From assembly GCA_964497315.1 (NCBI GenBank), contig CAZCCH010000003.1, positions 23,346 through 87,345 of the forward strand: DNA of 64,000 nucleotides. The letters run 5' to 3'. Below the pieces are notes generated by a model that was given only the letters and a program-made list of their open reading frames with translations, did no database searches and had not been told where the DNA came from. Below are positions 26,863 to 36,715 of this stretch, piece by piece (position 1 is the stretch's first letter; every line of letters starts with the position of its first letter). Source of the DNA: an uncultured Planctomycetia bacterium (GTDB lineage Bacteria; Omnitrophota; Gorgyraeia; Taenaricolales; CAZCCH01). The position numbers were made by a program, and so were the translations under genes.

Positions 26863-29800
26863 ATGGCAAGATTGGAGACAAAGCTTAACCTTACAGAGAA
26901 TGCCAAGACAGTCCTGGCAAAGCGTTACCTTAAAAAAGATGAAACAGGCGAACCTATTGAAAAACCAGAAGATATGTTTTGCCGTGTGGCAAATAATATA
27001 GCACAGGCAGACCGCTCTTATAATAAAGATTTAGATATTTCAAAAACTAAAGACAATTTTTATAGCATAATGACAAATGGAGAATTCTTACCAAATTCAC
27101 CAACTTTAATGAATGCAGGAAGAGAGTTGCAGATGTTGAGCGCCTGTTTTGTATTAAAGATTGATGATACAATGGAGGATATTTTCGAAACGCTCAAGCA
27201 TACTTCTATGATCCATAAAGCTGGAGGAGGTACTGGTTTTTCATTTTCTCGCCTTAGGTCAAAGGGAAGCATGGTTAAGTCTACAACAGGTATTGCAAGC
27301 GGACCCATTTCATTTTTGAAAGTTTTTGATTCAGCGACGGAAGCTGTAAAACAGGGCGGGGTTCGGAGAGGTGCTTCGATGGGGATTTTGCGGGTTGATC
27401 ACCCGGATATTTTGGAATTCATTAAATGCAAGGAAGACGACAAATCGATTACTAACTTTAACATTTCTGTTACAGTAACAGAAGATTTTATGCTGAAGGT
27501 AAAGCTTGGCCAGGATTATGATTTGATAGATCCGCATAATGGTGAAGTAGTGGGCAAATTGAACGCAAAAGAAGTCTTTGATCTTATTGTAAAACAGGCC
27601 CATAAAAACGGTGAGCCTGGAATAATATTTATTGATGAAATGAATAAATTTAATCCAACTCCGGAGATTGGAACATATGAGAGCACAAATCCTTGTATTA
27701 CTGGCGATTCATTAATACCTACTAATGAAGGGCTTTTACCAATTAAAAGATTGGCTTCAAGTGAATTTAATGGCAGCTTAAGAATTCTTGCCGATAATCG
27801 CTTTTTTGATCAAAGGGAGAATAACATAGAAAAACTTCTTTTGCCTAATAGAATATTTAGCACTGGCATTAGACCAACCTTATATCTTAAGACTAAAGCT
27901 GGCTATGAAATTAAACTTACAGCTAACCATCCCGTTTTGACTAATAGAGGTTGGATAAAAGCTGGAAATTTAGTCGTTGGAGAAGATAAAGTATTTATCC
28001 AGGATGCAAAAGGCGGATTTTCTACGAAAAGAACTCTGCCTTTTAAAGTTCAAAAACAATATAAGGGTAAAAATGGAAGAGCGTATAAGATGCCTTTACC
28101 GACAAAGTGGTCGGAAGAATTAGGTATTCTCATGGGTTGGCTTTTAGGCGATGGAAACCTGCATGGCAAGCAAGAAAGTATTTTTCTTTATTTTGGAAAA
28201 GATGATAAATTTGCACTTAGTGAAATCAGACATATATTAAAAAAGTTTACAAGCAATGAAGGAAGCCTAAGCAAAAGACCATGGGAATATCAGATATCCA
28301 TTTGCGGTAAATTACTTTTTGAATTTTTTAGAAGCTTAGGATTCCAGCGAGTCAGGGCTCATGAGAAATCAGTACCATCTAGTATTTTTATTGCGCCGAA
28401 AGATGTCATTAAAGGGTTTCTAAAGGGACTTTTTAGCTCTGACGGTACTGTAAATTATATGAAGGACAAAAACGCATATGTACGCTTAACATCCGCATCT
28501 CTCAAGCTATTGAAAGAGGTTCAATTGCTGTTGCTTAATTTTGGTGTTTTTTCTACGATATACGAGGAGCGCAGACCAGCTCAAAAAAGACTTCTACCAT
28601 TTCACGATAAGAATAATACACACAAGATGTATAACACAAGGGCTTATCATGAGCTGAATATCTCCAGAAAAGATGTAATAGTTTTTCTAAGAGAAATAGG
28701 GCTCATGAAGAATAAGCATACAAAAAAATTAGAGGAGATAATAAAAAAGAACAATCGAAAATTGGGTTATTATAAAAGAAGAAAAGAAGATTTAGTGGTT
28801 AAATTGGAACCAGCAGGCAGAGAAGAAGTTTTTGATCTTACCGAACCAGCCACCCATTCCTTTATCGCAAACGGATGTGTTATTCACAATTGTGGTGAAC
28901 AGATCCTCTTACCCTATGAATCGTGTAATTTAGGAAGTATAAATCTTTCTAAAATGCTCGTCGATAAAAACGGAAAGACGGAAATTGATTGGGATAAGCT
29001 TGTCAGGACTACGCGTAGCGCTGTGCATTTTTTAGATAACGTAATTGATATGAATAAATACCCTTTAAAAGAGATAGAAGACATGACAAAGGGTAACAGA
29101 AAAATAGGCCTTGGTATTATGGGATGGGCTGATATGTTAGTACAACTTGGGATTCCCTATAATTCTAATGAAGCAGTGACTTTAGCAGAAGAGGTCATGA
29201 GGTTTATATCTGATGAGGCAAAGAAGAAATCTTTAGAATTAGCCAAAGAAAAGAAAGAATTCCCGAATTTTAAAGAAAGTGTTTTTGCTAATGGAGAAAA
29301 GGTTAGGAATGCAACCCTTACAACAATTGCACCAACAGGAACGCTTTCTATAATTGCCGGTTGCTCAAGCGGTATAGAACCTTTGTTTGCAATTTGTTAT
29401 TACAGGAAGGTTTTAGATGGTGCAAAATTAATAGAGGTAAATCCTTACTTTGAAAAAATAGCAAAAGAAAAAGGTTTTTACAGCGAAAAGCTTATGAAGA
29501 AAATCTCACAGCAGTCTTCCATTCAAAACATGGAAGAAATCCCCGAAGATGTACGAAAGGTTTTTGTAACATCACATGACATAACACCTGTTTGGCATAT
29601 AAAGATGCAGGCAGCATTTCAAAAATATACCGACAATGCAGTTAGTAAGACCGTAAATTTTCCATATGATGCTACCCCTGATGATGTAGAAGAGGTATAT
29701 ATGCTTGCGCACAGATTAGGGTGTAAGGGTGTTACCATATATAGAGATGGAAGTAGGGATGAGCAGGTTTTAAATATTGATAGGGGTGCACGTACCACAG

Positions 29801-30459
29801 AGACACAAGTAGAAGTAAAAGATGGCAGCAAAGAGGCCATGGAAAAACAAGAAAGAGAAGAAAAGCTAGATGAGGCCATTGAACAAGTTCAACCAGCTAA
29901 TGAAAAAATTGCACCCAGACCAAGGCCTAAGGTAGTTCAAGGTACAACGACTAAAGTGCAAACAGGTTGCGGGAATTTATATGTAACTATAAATGTTGAT
30001 GGAGAAGGGCGTCCTTTCGAGGTATTTACTCAGATGGGAAAGGCGGGTGGTTGTGCTGCAAGTCAACTTGAGGCCCTTGGAAGACTTGTTTCATTGGCAT
30101 TGCGTAGCGGACAGGATATAAAGTCTGTTATTGAACAACTCGAAGGTATTAGATGTCCTTCACCTTCATGGGAGAAGACAGGCAGGATATTTTCCTGTGC
30201 GGATGCTATTGGAAAGGTCATAGAAAGAAGATTATTAGGCGAAGACAGAAAAGACAAGCCTAGTTTCGAAAGCCCTATGGCGCATACAAGCGGGACCATA
30301 GATATTAAAGAGGATGCAAAAGAGAGTTCGCAATCAAAAAAATCATCCGCCACAAAATTAAGAAACATCGTTGGGGTTTGCCCTGATTGTGGTGGGGCAT
30401 TAGTTCATGAAGAAGGCTGCATGAAGTGTTATGCATGTGGATACACTAAGTGTGGATGA
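26863..30459 (+). CDS. nrdJ: Adenosylcobalamin-dependent (class II) ribonucleotide reductase NrdJ, interrupted by an intein
   Basis: The extein reads ...RYLKKDETGEPIEKPEDMFCRVA... and ...TNP|CGEQILLPYESCNLGSINL..., and a C-terminal Zn-ribbon CPDCGG...CMKCYACG is present. GGAGG lies 5 nt before the ATG at 26863, and an alternative in-frame ATG lies at 26851. Confidence 0.8.
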   Translation: MARLETKLNLTENAKTVLAKRYLKKDETGEPIEKPEDMFCRVANNIAQADRSYNKDLDISKTKDNFYSIMTNGEFLPNSPTLMNAGRELQMLSACFVLKIDDTMEDIFETLKHTSMIHKAGGGTGFSFSRLRSKGSMVKSTTGIASGPISFLKVFDSATEAVKQGGVRRGASMGILRVDHPDILEFIKCKEDDKSITNFNISVTVTEDFMLKVKLGQDYDLIDPHNGEVVGKLNAKEVFDLIVKQAHKNGEPGIIFIDEMNKFNPTPEIGTYESTNPCITGDSLIPTNEGLLPIKRLASSEFNGSLRILADNRFFDQRENNIEKLLLPNRIFSTGIRPTLYLKTKAGYEIKLTANHPVLTNRGWIKAGNLVVGEDKVFIQDAKGGFSTKRTLPFKVQKQYKGKNGRAYKMPLPTKWSEELGILMGWLLGDGNLHGKQESIFLYFGKDDKFALSEIRHILKKFTSNEGSLSKRPWEYQISICGKLLFEFFRSLGFQRVRAHEKSVPSSIFIAPKDVIKGFLKGLFSSDGTVNYMKDKNAYVRLTSASLKLLKEVQLLLLNFGVFSTIYEERRPAQKRLLPFHDKNNTHKMYNTRAYHELNISRKDVIVFLREIGLMKNKHTKKLEEIIKKNNRKLGYYKRRKEDLVVKLEPAGREEVFDLTEPATHSFIANGCVIHNCGEQILLPYESCNLGSINLSKMLVDKNGKTEIDWDKLVRTTRSAVHFLDNVIDMNKYPLKEIEDMTKGNRKIGLGIMGWADMLVQLGIPYNSNEAVTLAEEVMRFISDEAKKKSLELAKEKKEFPNFKESVFANGEKVRNATLTTIAPTGTLSIIAGCSSGIEPLFAICYYRKVLDGAKLIEVNPYFEKIAKEKGFYSEKLMKKISQQSSIQNMEEIPEDVRKVFVTSHDITPVWHIKMQAAFQKYTDNAVSKTVNFPYDATPDDVEEVYMLAHRLGCKGVTIYRDGSRDEQVLNIDRGARTTETQVEVKDGSKEAMEKQEREEKLDEAIEQVQPANEKIAPRPRPKVVQGTTTKVQTGCGNLYVTINVDGEGRPFEVFTQMGKAGGCAASQLEALGRLVSLALRSGQDIKSVIEQLEGIRCPSPSWEKTGRIFSCADAIGKVIERRLLGEDRKDKPSFESPMAHTSGTIDIKEDAKESSQSKKSSATKLRNIVGVCPDCGGALVHEEGCMKCYACGYTKCG
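27694..28890 (+). mobile_element. Intein (399 aa) with a LAGLIDADG homing-endonuclease domain in nrdJ
   Basis: It starts with Cys (TNP|CITGDSLIPTNEG) and ends ...ANGCVIHN|CGEQ (HN plus a +1 Cys). LAGLIDADG blocks GWLLGDGNL and KGFLKGLFSSDGTV are present. The insert sits inside the conserved NPCGEQ active-site motif. Confidence 0.8.
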
Positions 30460-30533
30460 TACATAGCGGTTAGCAAGTGTGCTTCAAAGAAAATATATGC
30501 TAGCCGCTGAACTTTATCTAGGAGGAATTTATA

Positions 30534-31820
30534 ATGCGTAAGATTTTATATGTTGTTTTAGATGGACTAGGTGATTTACCAACACCAGAGCTTGATGGAA
30601 AAACACCCCTTGAGGCAGCCAATATACCTAATATGGATAAACTTGCTAAAGAAGGTATAAGCGGCGTTGTATATACAGTAGGTAAGGGTATTGCACCTGA
30701 ATCTGATATTGCGGTAATAAGTATTTTAGGTTATGAGGCAAAAAGATATTATACGGGCAGAGGTCCACTAGAGTCTTATGCTGAAGGACTTGATGTAAAA
30801 GATGGGGATTTGGCATTTAGGGTAAACTTTGCAACAGCAGGTCAAGAAAGAGAAATTTTAGACAGGCGCGTTGGGAGGAATCTCACAACAGATGAGGCAA
30901 CTGCTTTAGCAGATGAGATAAATGAAAAGGTAAAACTTACAAGCATACCCGCAAATTTTAAATTCAAGAACACAATAGGACACAGAGGAATTTTAGTTAT
31001 CTATCCAGAAAATGAAAAACTATGTGCTGAGATTACAAATACAGACCCTGCTTATGAAAAAGAAGGTCCATTTGGTGTAGCAAAAGAAGAATTTGAAAGT
31101 ATAATATTAGATGCAAAACCTGTAGAGGGATATGAAGATAATAAGGCAGCCATAGATGCAGCGGCTTTAATAAACGAATTTACTACTAAATCCCGTAAGG
31201 TTCTTGAGGAATCAGAGATTAACAAGCAAAGAGAAACACAAGGAAAGTTAAAAGCAAATCTAATAGTATCAAGAGATGCAGGAGATAAGCTACCAAAATT
31301 ACCATCTATAACAGAAAAATTCAATATGAATTTTGGTTGTTTTGTAGAGATGCCCGTTGAAAAAGGTATTGCGCTTTTAACAGGAATGAAGATAGTTGAA
31401 ATCCCCCTACCTTCTAAAGATTTAGAAAAAGATTACACTATAAGGGCAAAAGCAGTAATTGAATCTATAAACAAATTTGATGGATTATATATTCACTTAA
31501 AAGGACCTGATGAACCAGCACACGATGGAGATATAGATGCTAAAGTTAATTCAATAGAAGCAATAGATAAATACTTTTTTGCTAAATTACTCCCCCAGAT
31601 AAATCTGGAAGAAGTAATAATTGCCGTAACGGCAGACCACTCAACCCCCTGCATAAAAAAGGCACACACCGACGATCCAGTTCCTCTGATTATTTCAGGT
31701 GGAAGCCTAGCTTCTGATTTTACTGAAGACTTTTCTGAAAGAAAGTGCAAGAATGGTAGCATTGGAGTTATCCAAGGCACTGAAATAATGCCAAAGCTAG
31801 TCGAAATTTCTAAAACATAA
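30534..31820 (+). CDS. apgM: 2,3-bisphosphoglycerate-independent phosphoglycerate mutase, archaeal type
   Basis: The N-terminus MRKILYVVLDGLGDLP... matches, and ADHSTPC metal-site-type motifs are present. An RBS (taggagg) precedes the start. Confidence 0.7.
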   Translation: MRKILYVVLDGLGDLPTPELDGKTPLEAANIPNMDKLAKEGISGVVYTVGKGIAPESDIAVISILGYEAKRYYTGRGPLESYAEGLDVKDGDLAFRVNFATAGQEREILDRRVGRNLTTDEATALADEINEKVKLTSIPANFKFKNTIGHRGILVIYPENEKLCAEITNTDPAYEKEGPFGVAKEEFESIILDAKPVEGYEDNKAAIDAAALINEFTTKSRKVLEESEINKQRETQGKLKANLIVSRDAGDKLPKLPSITEKFNMNFGCFVEMPVEKGIALLTGMKIVEIPLPSKDLEKDYTIRAKAVIESINKFDGLYIHLKGPDEPAHDGDIDAKVNSIEAIDKYFFAKLLPQINLEEVIIAVTADHSTPCIKKAHTDDPVPLIISGGSLASDFTEDFSERKCKNGSIGVIQGTEIMPKLVEISKT

Positions 31821-31881
31821 AAAGTTTAATATATTATTCAACTCACCGCCGCTAAGTGAAGTTATGAGGAGAGGTTTTTTC

Positions 31882-31909
31882 TTGACAAAATTCCTCTTTA
31901 TGTTATATT
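31882..31909 (+). promoter_or_regulatory. sigma70-like promoter (TTGACA-16-TATATT)
   Basis: ttgaca lies at 31882-31887 and tatatt at 31904-31909. Confidence 0.4.
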
Positions 31910-31967
31910 TATATTAAGAGATAACAATATAACTATAATATTAACCTAGAAGGGAGGTGGAGAGCTA

Positions 31968-32645
31968 ATGGATTGGAATGCCGTAGTTATGGAGCCAGTA
32001 AGAGCAATCTTGACAAGGGCGGGGAGCTTTGTATCCATTCTCGTGGCTGTTATACTTATATTGGCGGTTGGATGGATAGTTGCCAGGGCTGTTCAGAAAT
32101 TCTTAGTTAGGTTTTTAAAGTTGGCTCGGTTGGATGTAGTAGCAGATAAAGCAGGAGTAACAACTGTTTTAGCAAGAGGAGAGATAAAATATACACTCTC
32201 TGAATTAATCGGGGTATTAGTTTATTGGCTGATAATGCTTATAGTTTTTGTAGCAGCAATAAACGCCCTTAATCTAACTATCGCTGCAGAATTGTTAGAT
32301 AAGATAGTGGCTTATATGCCGAATGTAGTTGCTGGTATATTCATTCTTGTTTTAGGTATGTTTGCAGCTACCTTGCTAAGCACGTTTGTTACAACTACAA
32401 CCACAAATGCTGGTGTTCCACAGGCACGGTTATTAGGAAGGATTACCCAGGTGGTTATAATAGTAGTTGCAATCGCTATGACTTTAGAACAGCTTAAGAT
32501 TGCCTCTACAGTAATAAACTTGGTAATCTGGATTGTCATGGGAGCAATAGGTCTTGCCTGTGCGATAGCATTCGGATTGGGGTGCAAGGATATAGCCGGT
32601 AAAGCTGTTAAAGAAGCTGTAGACAAGCTCAAGCCCCAGAAGTAA
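31968..32645 (+). CDS. Membrane protein with TM-helix repeats, like the MscS N-terminal region but with no channel domain
   Basis: A good RBS (ggaggtgg) precedes it. It has about 5 TM helices with repeated hydrophobic blocks. A clean hairpin terminator follows. Confidence 0.4.
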   Translation: MDWNAVVMEPVRAILTRAGSFVSILVAVILILAVGWIVARAVQKFLVRFLKLARLDVVADKAGVTTVLARGEIKYTLSELIGVLVYWLIMLIVFVAAINALNLTIAAELLDKIVAYMPNVVAGIFILVLGMFAATLLSTFVTTTTTNAGVPQARLLGRITQVVIIVVAIAMTLEQLKIASTVINLVIWIVMGAIGLACAIAFGLGCKDIAGKAVKEAVDKLKPQK

Positions 32646-32697
32646 TTGTTTATATGGAGGCCTGATAGTTTAAAAATTGAAAGATAGAAGACTTTTG

Positions 32698-32737
32698 AAG
32701 GGACCCACTTTTTAGCAGGAGGGGTCCCTTTTTCTTT
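32698..32737 (+). terminator. Rho-independent terminator
   Basis: The stem gggaccc (32698-32704) / gggtccc (32722-32728) has a 17-nt loop and is followed by tttttcttt. Confidence 0.6.
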
Positions 32738-32785
32738 AATTTTCTCGACGAGAAAGAGGATATTTTTTCTAAAATATAGTAAAAA

Positions 32786-33781
32786 ATGGGTAAAATTATA
32801 GGTTTGACATATGATTTAATGACTGATTATACCTTTGGACAAAATGATCCAAAGGATGCGAATGCGGAGTTCGATCATCCAAAGACGGTGGAGCGAATAG
32901 AAAAGGCATTGTCTAAAGTAGGTCATAAAGTATTAAGGATAGGAAAGGCTTTAGATTTACTGGAAAGGCTAGAAGAGGTGAAAAAATGCGACATCGTTTT
33001 TAATATAGCAGAAGGCCTGGAAGGTCGCAACAGAGAATCACAAGTGCCTGTAATATTGGAAATGTTGGGTAAGCCATTCGTTGGAGCCGATGGTCTTACT
33101 TTGAGTCTTACACTAGATAAATTGATGGCAAAAAAGATTCTAATGTCTGAGGGGATACCTACACCTAGATTTTTAGAGATAAAAGATGCAAAGAATTTAA
33201 ACGGACTAAATGGTTTAAAATTTCCTTTAATCGTTAAACCCAGACACGAAGGTTCCAGTAAAGGCATAAGTGATGATTCGTTAGTTAGGGATGCTGAGCA
33301 ACTTAAACAAAAGGCCAAATGGCTTATAGATACTTATAAGCAACCAGCACTAGCAGAAGAATTTATTTCAGGTAAAGAATTTACAGTAGGCATTATTGGA
33401 AATAATCCTCCAGAGGCTTTACCAGTAGTTCAAGTGCAAATTGATGGAAAGCTAAACCTAGGGGAGCTTTTTTATACAAATGCCGGAATTAGGGGTACAA
33501 GGGTTTTATATGTATGCCCTGCACCTATCTCTAAAAAACTGGCAAAGAAAATGACCCAATTGAGCCTTGCAGCATATGAGGCTGTTGACTGTCGTGATTT
33601 TGGACGTGTAGACTTTAGGGTTGATAAAAAAGGTAATCCCTATTGTCTTGAAATCAATCCATTGCCAGCACTCTCTAAAGCAGATGTATTTGGAGTGGTA
33701 GCCAAGCATTATAAAATACGATATTACACAATGATAAATCGCATTTTTGAAAGTGCCCTAAAAAGATGTGGACTGAACTAA
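32786..33781 (+). CDS. D-Ala-D-Ala-ligase-like ATP-grasp ligase (paralog 1). It is non-canonical and lacks the Ddl N-terminal GG.S.E.EVS loop.
   Basis: Translation ...VFNIAEGLEGRNRESQVPVILEMLGKPFVGADGLTLSLTLDKLMAKKIL...GIPTP...EINPLPALS has the Ddl-like central and C-terminal ATP-grasp motifs. Confidence 0.55.
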   Translation: MGKIIGLTYDLMTDYTFGQNDPKDANAEFDHPKTVERIEKALSKVGHKVLRIGKALDLLERLEEVKKCDIVFNIAEGLEGRNRESQVPVILEMLGKPFVGADGLTLSLTLDKLMAKKILMSEGIPTPRFLEIKDAKNLNGLNGLKFPLIVKPRHEGSSKGISDDSLVRDAEQLKQKAKWLIDTYKQPALAEEFISGKEFTVGIIGNNPPEALPVVQVQIDGKLNLGELFYTNAGIRGTRVLYVCPAPISKKLAKKMTQLSLAAYEAVDCRDFGRVDFRVDKKGNPYCLEINPLPALSKADVFGVVAKHYKIRYYTMINRIFESALKRCGLN

Positions 33782-33782
33782 T

Positions 33783-34835
33783 ATGAAAATCGCCTTAGTA
33801 TATAATATAAAACCAAAACCTCCAAAGGGGAGTTGCCCGGAAGATTTTTATTCAGAGTTTGACAGCCAGGACACAATAGACGCCATAAGCCTTGCATTGC
33901 GTACTAGGGGGCATGAGGTTTTCCAAGTAGAAGCAAATCAGGATCTTTTTGAATGGCTTAGACTCAACAAGACAGATTTTGTATTTAATATTGCAGAGGG
34001 AGTTTCCGGTGCAAACAGAGAGTCGCAGGTCCCAGCAGTTTTGGACCTTTTAGGAATTCCTTATACTGGTTCTGGCACTTTGGCATTAGCACTTACTTTA
34101 GATAAGGCAAAGAGCAAAAAGATTTTTAGATATGAAGGAATACCTACTCCAAATTTTCAGCTGTTTTCTAAACCAGGAGAAAAACTAGATAAAAAATTAA
34201 AATTTCCATTGATTGCAAAACCAAACAGAGAAGGTTCTGCAAAGGGTATTTCAAAAGCTAATGTGAGGCATGATGCAAAGTCAATGCACGAACAGATAAA
34301 AAAAATTCAAGCTTCTTATAAACAGGAAGTTTTAGTTGAGGAATTTATTGAAGGAAAAGAGCTTACCGTGGGTATATTGGGGAATTATCCCTCGAGGGTA
34401 CTTTCTATCTTAGAGATAGATTTTGAAAATTGCAAAGAAAGCGGTGAGTTTTTTTACTCTTGGAGGATGAAGGAGTTTCAGGGGAATCAAGAACTGAATT
34501 TGGTTCCCACTTTTCATTGCCCTGCAAGATTAGACGAACGCACCAAGACCGCTGTAAAGACTATTGCTTTAGAAGCACACCAGGCATTAGGTTGTGTGGA
34601 TTTTTCAAGGACAGACATAAGGTTAAGCAGTGAAGGGATACCTTATGTTCTTGAGGTAAACCCCTTACCAGGCCTTGATCCGAAAGAATCAAATCTACCA
34701 GTTGTTGCCCAGGCTAATGGCATTGGATATGAGGAGTTGATTAATACCATTTTAGATGAGGCGGTAGCAAGATGCAAGGGGGGTTCCTTAAAAAAGGAGG
34801 CAGATAGTGCCAACAGGATACTGGCGTCGCATTGA
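33783..34835 (+). CDS. D-Ala-D-Ala-ligase-like ATP-grasp ligase (paralog 2)
   Basis: Its start is 1 nt after the stop of paralog 1. Translation ...FVFNIAEGVSGANRESQVPAVLDLLGIPYTGSGTLALALTLDKAKSKKIF...EVNPLPGLD... carries the same motifs. Confidence 0.55.
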   Translation: MKIALVYNIKPKPPKGSCPEDFYSEFDSQDTIDAISLALRTRGHEVFQVEANQDLFEWLRLNKTDFVFNIAEGVSGANRESQVPAVLDLLGIPYTGSGTLALALTLDKAKSKKIFRYEGIPTPNFQLFSKPGEKLDKKLKFPLIAKPNREGSAKGISKANVRHDAKSMHEQIKKIQASYKQEVLVEEFIEGKELTVGILGNYPSRVLSILEIDFENCKESGEFFYSWRMKEFQGNQELNLVPTFHCPARLDERTKTAVKTIALEAHQALGCVDFSRTDIRLSSEGIPYVLEVNPLPGLDPKESNLPVVAQANGIGYEELINTILDEAVARCKGGSLKKEADSANRILASH

Positions 34836-35955
34836 ACTCTGGAAGAATGTTTCAGAAGAGCAATGGGAAGATTGGCATTGGCAGTTAAAAAATAGAATTA
34901 CGAAATTAGATCTGCTTAAAAAGATTATCCAGGTGACACCCCAGGAAGAAAAAGGCATAAAGGGTGCCAAGGGTAGGCTTTCTATGGCGATAACTCCGTA
35001 TTTTGCAGAATTAATGTCTCCAGAAAAACCCTATTGTGCTATTCGCAAACAAACAGTACCTGTTGATGAAGAATTATTTGTGAACCCAAATGATTTAACC
35101 GATCCCTGCGGCGAAGACAAGGATTCTCCTGTTAAGGGCTTGGTCCATCGCTACCCGGACAGGGCGCTGCTTTTAATTACAGATCAATGCGCTAGCTATT
35201 GCAGGCATTGCACAAGGCGCAGGCTTGTTGGCAACGGGGAAGCGGTTATATCGGATAGTAATCTTAAAGCAGCATGCGATTATATCCGTTCTAATAAAAA
35301 AATAAGAGATGTATTGATATCAGGTGGAGACCCGCTGTTATTGTCTGATGAGAAATTAGATTATATATTGAGCAGCATAAGAGAGATACCGAATGTTGAA
35401 TTTTTACGCATTGGCACAAGGGTTCCTGTGACTCTGCCGATGAGAATTACAGAAAACTTAATATCTATATTCAAAAAACACACACCCTTATGGATATCTA
35501 TTCATTTTAATCACTCAAAAGAGATAACCAGACGCGTTAAAAAGGCCTGCGACGGACTTACTGATAACGGTATTCCCCTTGGTAGCCAAACAGTACTTTT
35601 AAAAGGGATTAATGATAGGCTTTACATAATGAAAAAGCTAATGCATGATTTGTTAAAGATTAGGGTAAGGCCTTATTACATATATCAATGTGACTTAGCA
35701 AAAGGCACTGCACATTTGCGTACCAGTATTTCCTGTGGAATTAATATAATGGATAAGCTAAGAGGCCACACTTCAGGCTATGCGGTTCCTACCTATGTCG
35801 TAGACGGACCAGGTGGCGGCGGAAAAATACCCATAGGACCCAACTATATAGTTTCCTGCGAAAAAGGAGAGATAGTTCTAAGAAATTATGAAGGCAAGGA
35901 ATTTATTTATCGCGAAAGTCTCACAGAAAAAGAGGCTGCAGAACTGCAGGGTTGA
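34807..35955 (+). CDS. KamA-family radical-SAM amino-acid 2,3-aminomutase (lysine 2,3-aminomutase-like)
   Basis: Translation ...WEDWHWQLKNRI...RYPDRALLLITDQCASYCRHCTRRR...RVRPYYIYQCDLAKG...GYAVPTYVVDGPGGGGK is collinear with KamA. The CxxxCxxC cluster and a PLP-Lys region are present. Its start overlaps the upstream gene by 29 nt. Confidence 0.7.
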   Translation: MPTGYWRRIELWKNVSEEQWEDWHWQLKNRITKLDLLKKIIQVTPQEEKGIKGAKGRLSMAITPYFAELMSPEKPYCAIRKQTVPVDEELFVNPNDLTDPCGEDKDSPVKGLVHRYPDRALLLITDQCASYCRHCTRRRLVGNGEAVISDSNLKAACDYIRSNKKIRDVLISGGDPLLLSDEKLDYILSSIREIPNVEFLRIGTRVPVTLPMRITENLISIFKKHTPLWISIHFNHSKEITRRVKKACDGLTDNGIPLGSQTVLLKGINDRLYIMKKLMHDLLKIRVRPYYIYQCDLAKGTAHLRTSISCGINIMDKLRGHTSGYAVPTYVVDGPGGGGKIPIGPNYIVSCEKGEIVLRNYEGKEFIYRESLTEKEAAELQG

Positions 35956-36544
35956 ATACGGCTGCAGAGAAAAGTTTTTCACAGTAGCTTTTATTTTGGT
36001 TTTTATCTTATGTAGCTTTTCTCTTGCAGGCTGTAACCAGCTAATCGACAAAAAGAAGGCAGCTGAGCAGGTTTTAGCTATAGACCCCACTTTTGAAAAA
36101 ATCTTACAAAATAAGAAAGATATAGATGAGGAAATTACACAGCTAAGAGATCAGATAAGGAAACAAAGGCAGATTTATGAATCAAAGGTAGCCGTAATTA
36201 GAGAAGAGTTTAACTCTCAAAGGGCAAGCTCAACTTCTGAAATAGAACGTTTAAAGAGGCAGCTGGACCCATACAGGCAACAGACAGATTCTCAGATAAA
36301 TAGCGTAAAACTACAACTCAAGCAGAAACTAAGGGCTCATAAAAATATTAACAGTATGTCAAAACAAGCCACGAAATTATTAGAAGGCAAAAAGGCTGTT
36401 GAGCTCTCATCGACGGAAAGAAAAGAATGGGAGAGGAGGCTGTATAATCTTTCAACTCAAAAGAAGGATTTAAATCAAGAAATACTCCAATTAAAAGATA
36501 GGCTACGCACTTTACAGCTTAAAAAACGCCTCTTAGCCCAATAA
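35888..36544 (+). CDS. Coiled-coil lipoprotein. The lipobox is LAGC and the start codon is uncertain.
   Basis: A hydrophobic stretch FFTVAFILVFILCSFSLAGC is followed by a heptad-rich polar body. The track start at 35888 overlaps the kamA 3' end. Confidence 0.4.
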   Translation: MKARNLFIAKVSQKKRLQNCRVEYGCREKFFTVAFILVFILCSFSLAGCNQLIDKKKAAEQVLAIDPTFEKILQNKKDIDEEITQLRDQIRKQRQIYESKVAVIREEFNSQRASSTSEIERLKRQLDPYRQQTDSQINSVKLQLKQKLRAHKNINSMSKQATKLLEGKKAVELSSTERKEWERRLYNLSTQKKDLNQEILQLKDRLRTLQLKKRLLAQ

Positions 36545-36553
36545 ACACACCAA

Positions 36554-36582
36554 TTGACAAATCCCGCCTTTAATATTATACT
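36554..36582 (+). promoter_or_regulatory. sigma70-like promoter (TTGACA-17-TATACT)
   Basis: ttgaca lies at 36554-36559 and tatact at 36577-36582. This is upstream of the long coupled gene string that starts at 36716. Confidence 0.5.
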
Positions 36583-36715
36583 ATAATAGTCTTATTGTCT
36601 CACCCTGCTAATCTTGGAATCATACCATATTTATACTACAAATATAAATTCTGTGTAATCAGGTATTAATAAAAGCTTTGGTTTTTTTATCTAAAATCTA
36701 TAAGGAGGGAACACC

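Noticed and set aside
30465-30508. Imperfect 11-bp hairpin downstream of nrdJ as a terminator
   Set aside because: The loop is large (about 22 nt), there is no following T-tract, and apgM's RBS follows immediately. It is more likely incidental or a weak RNA structure.
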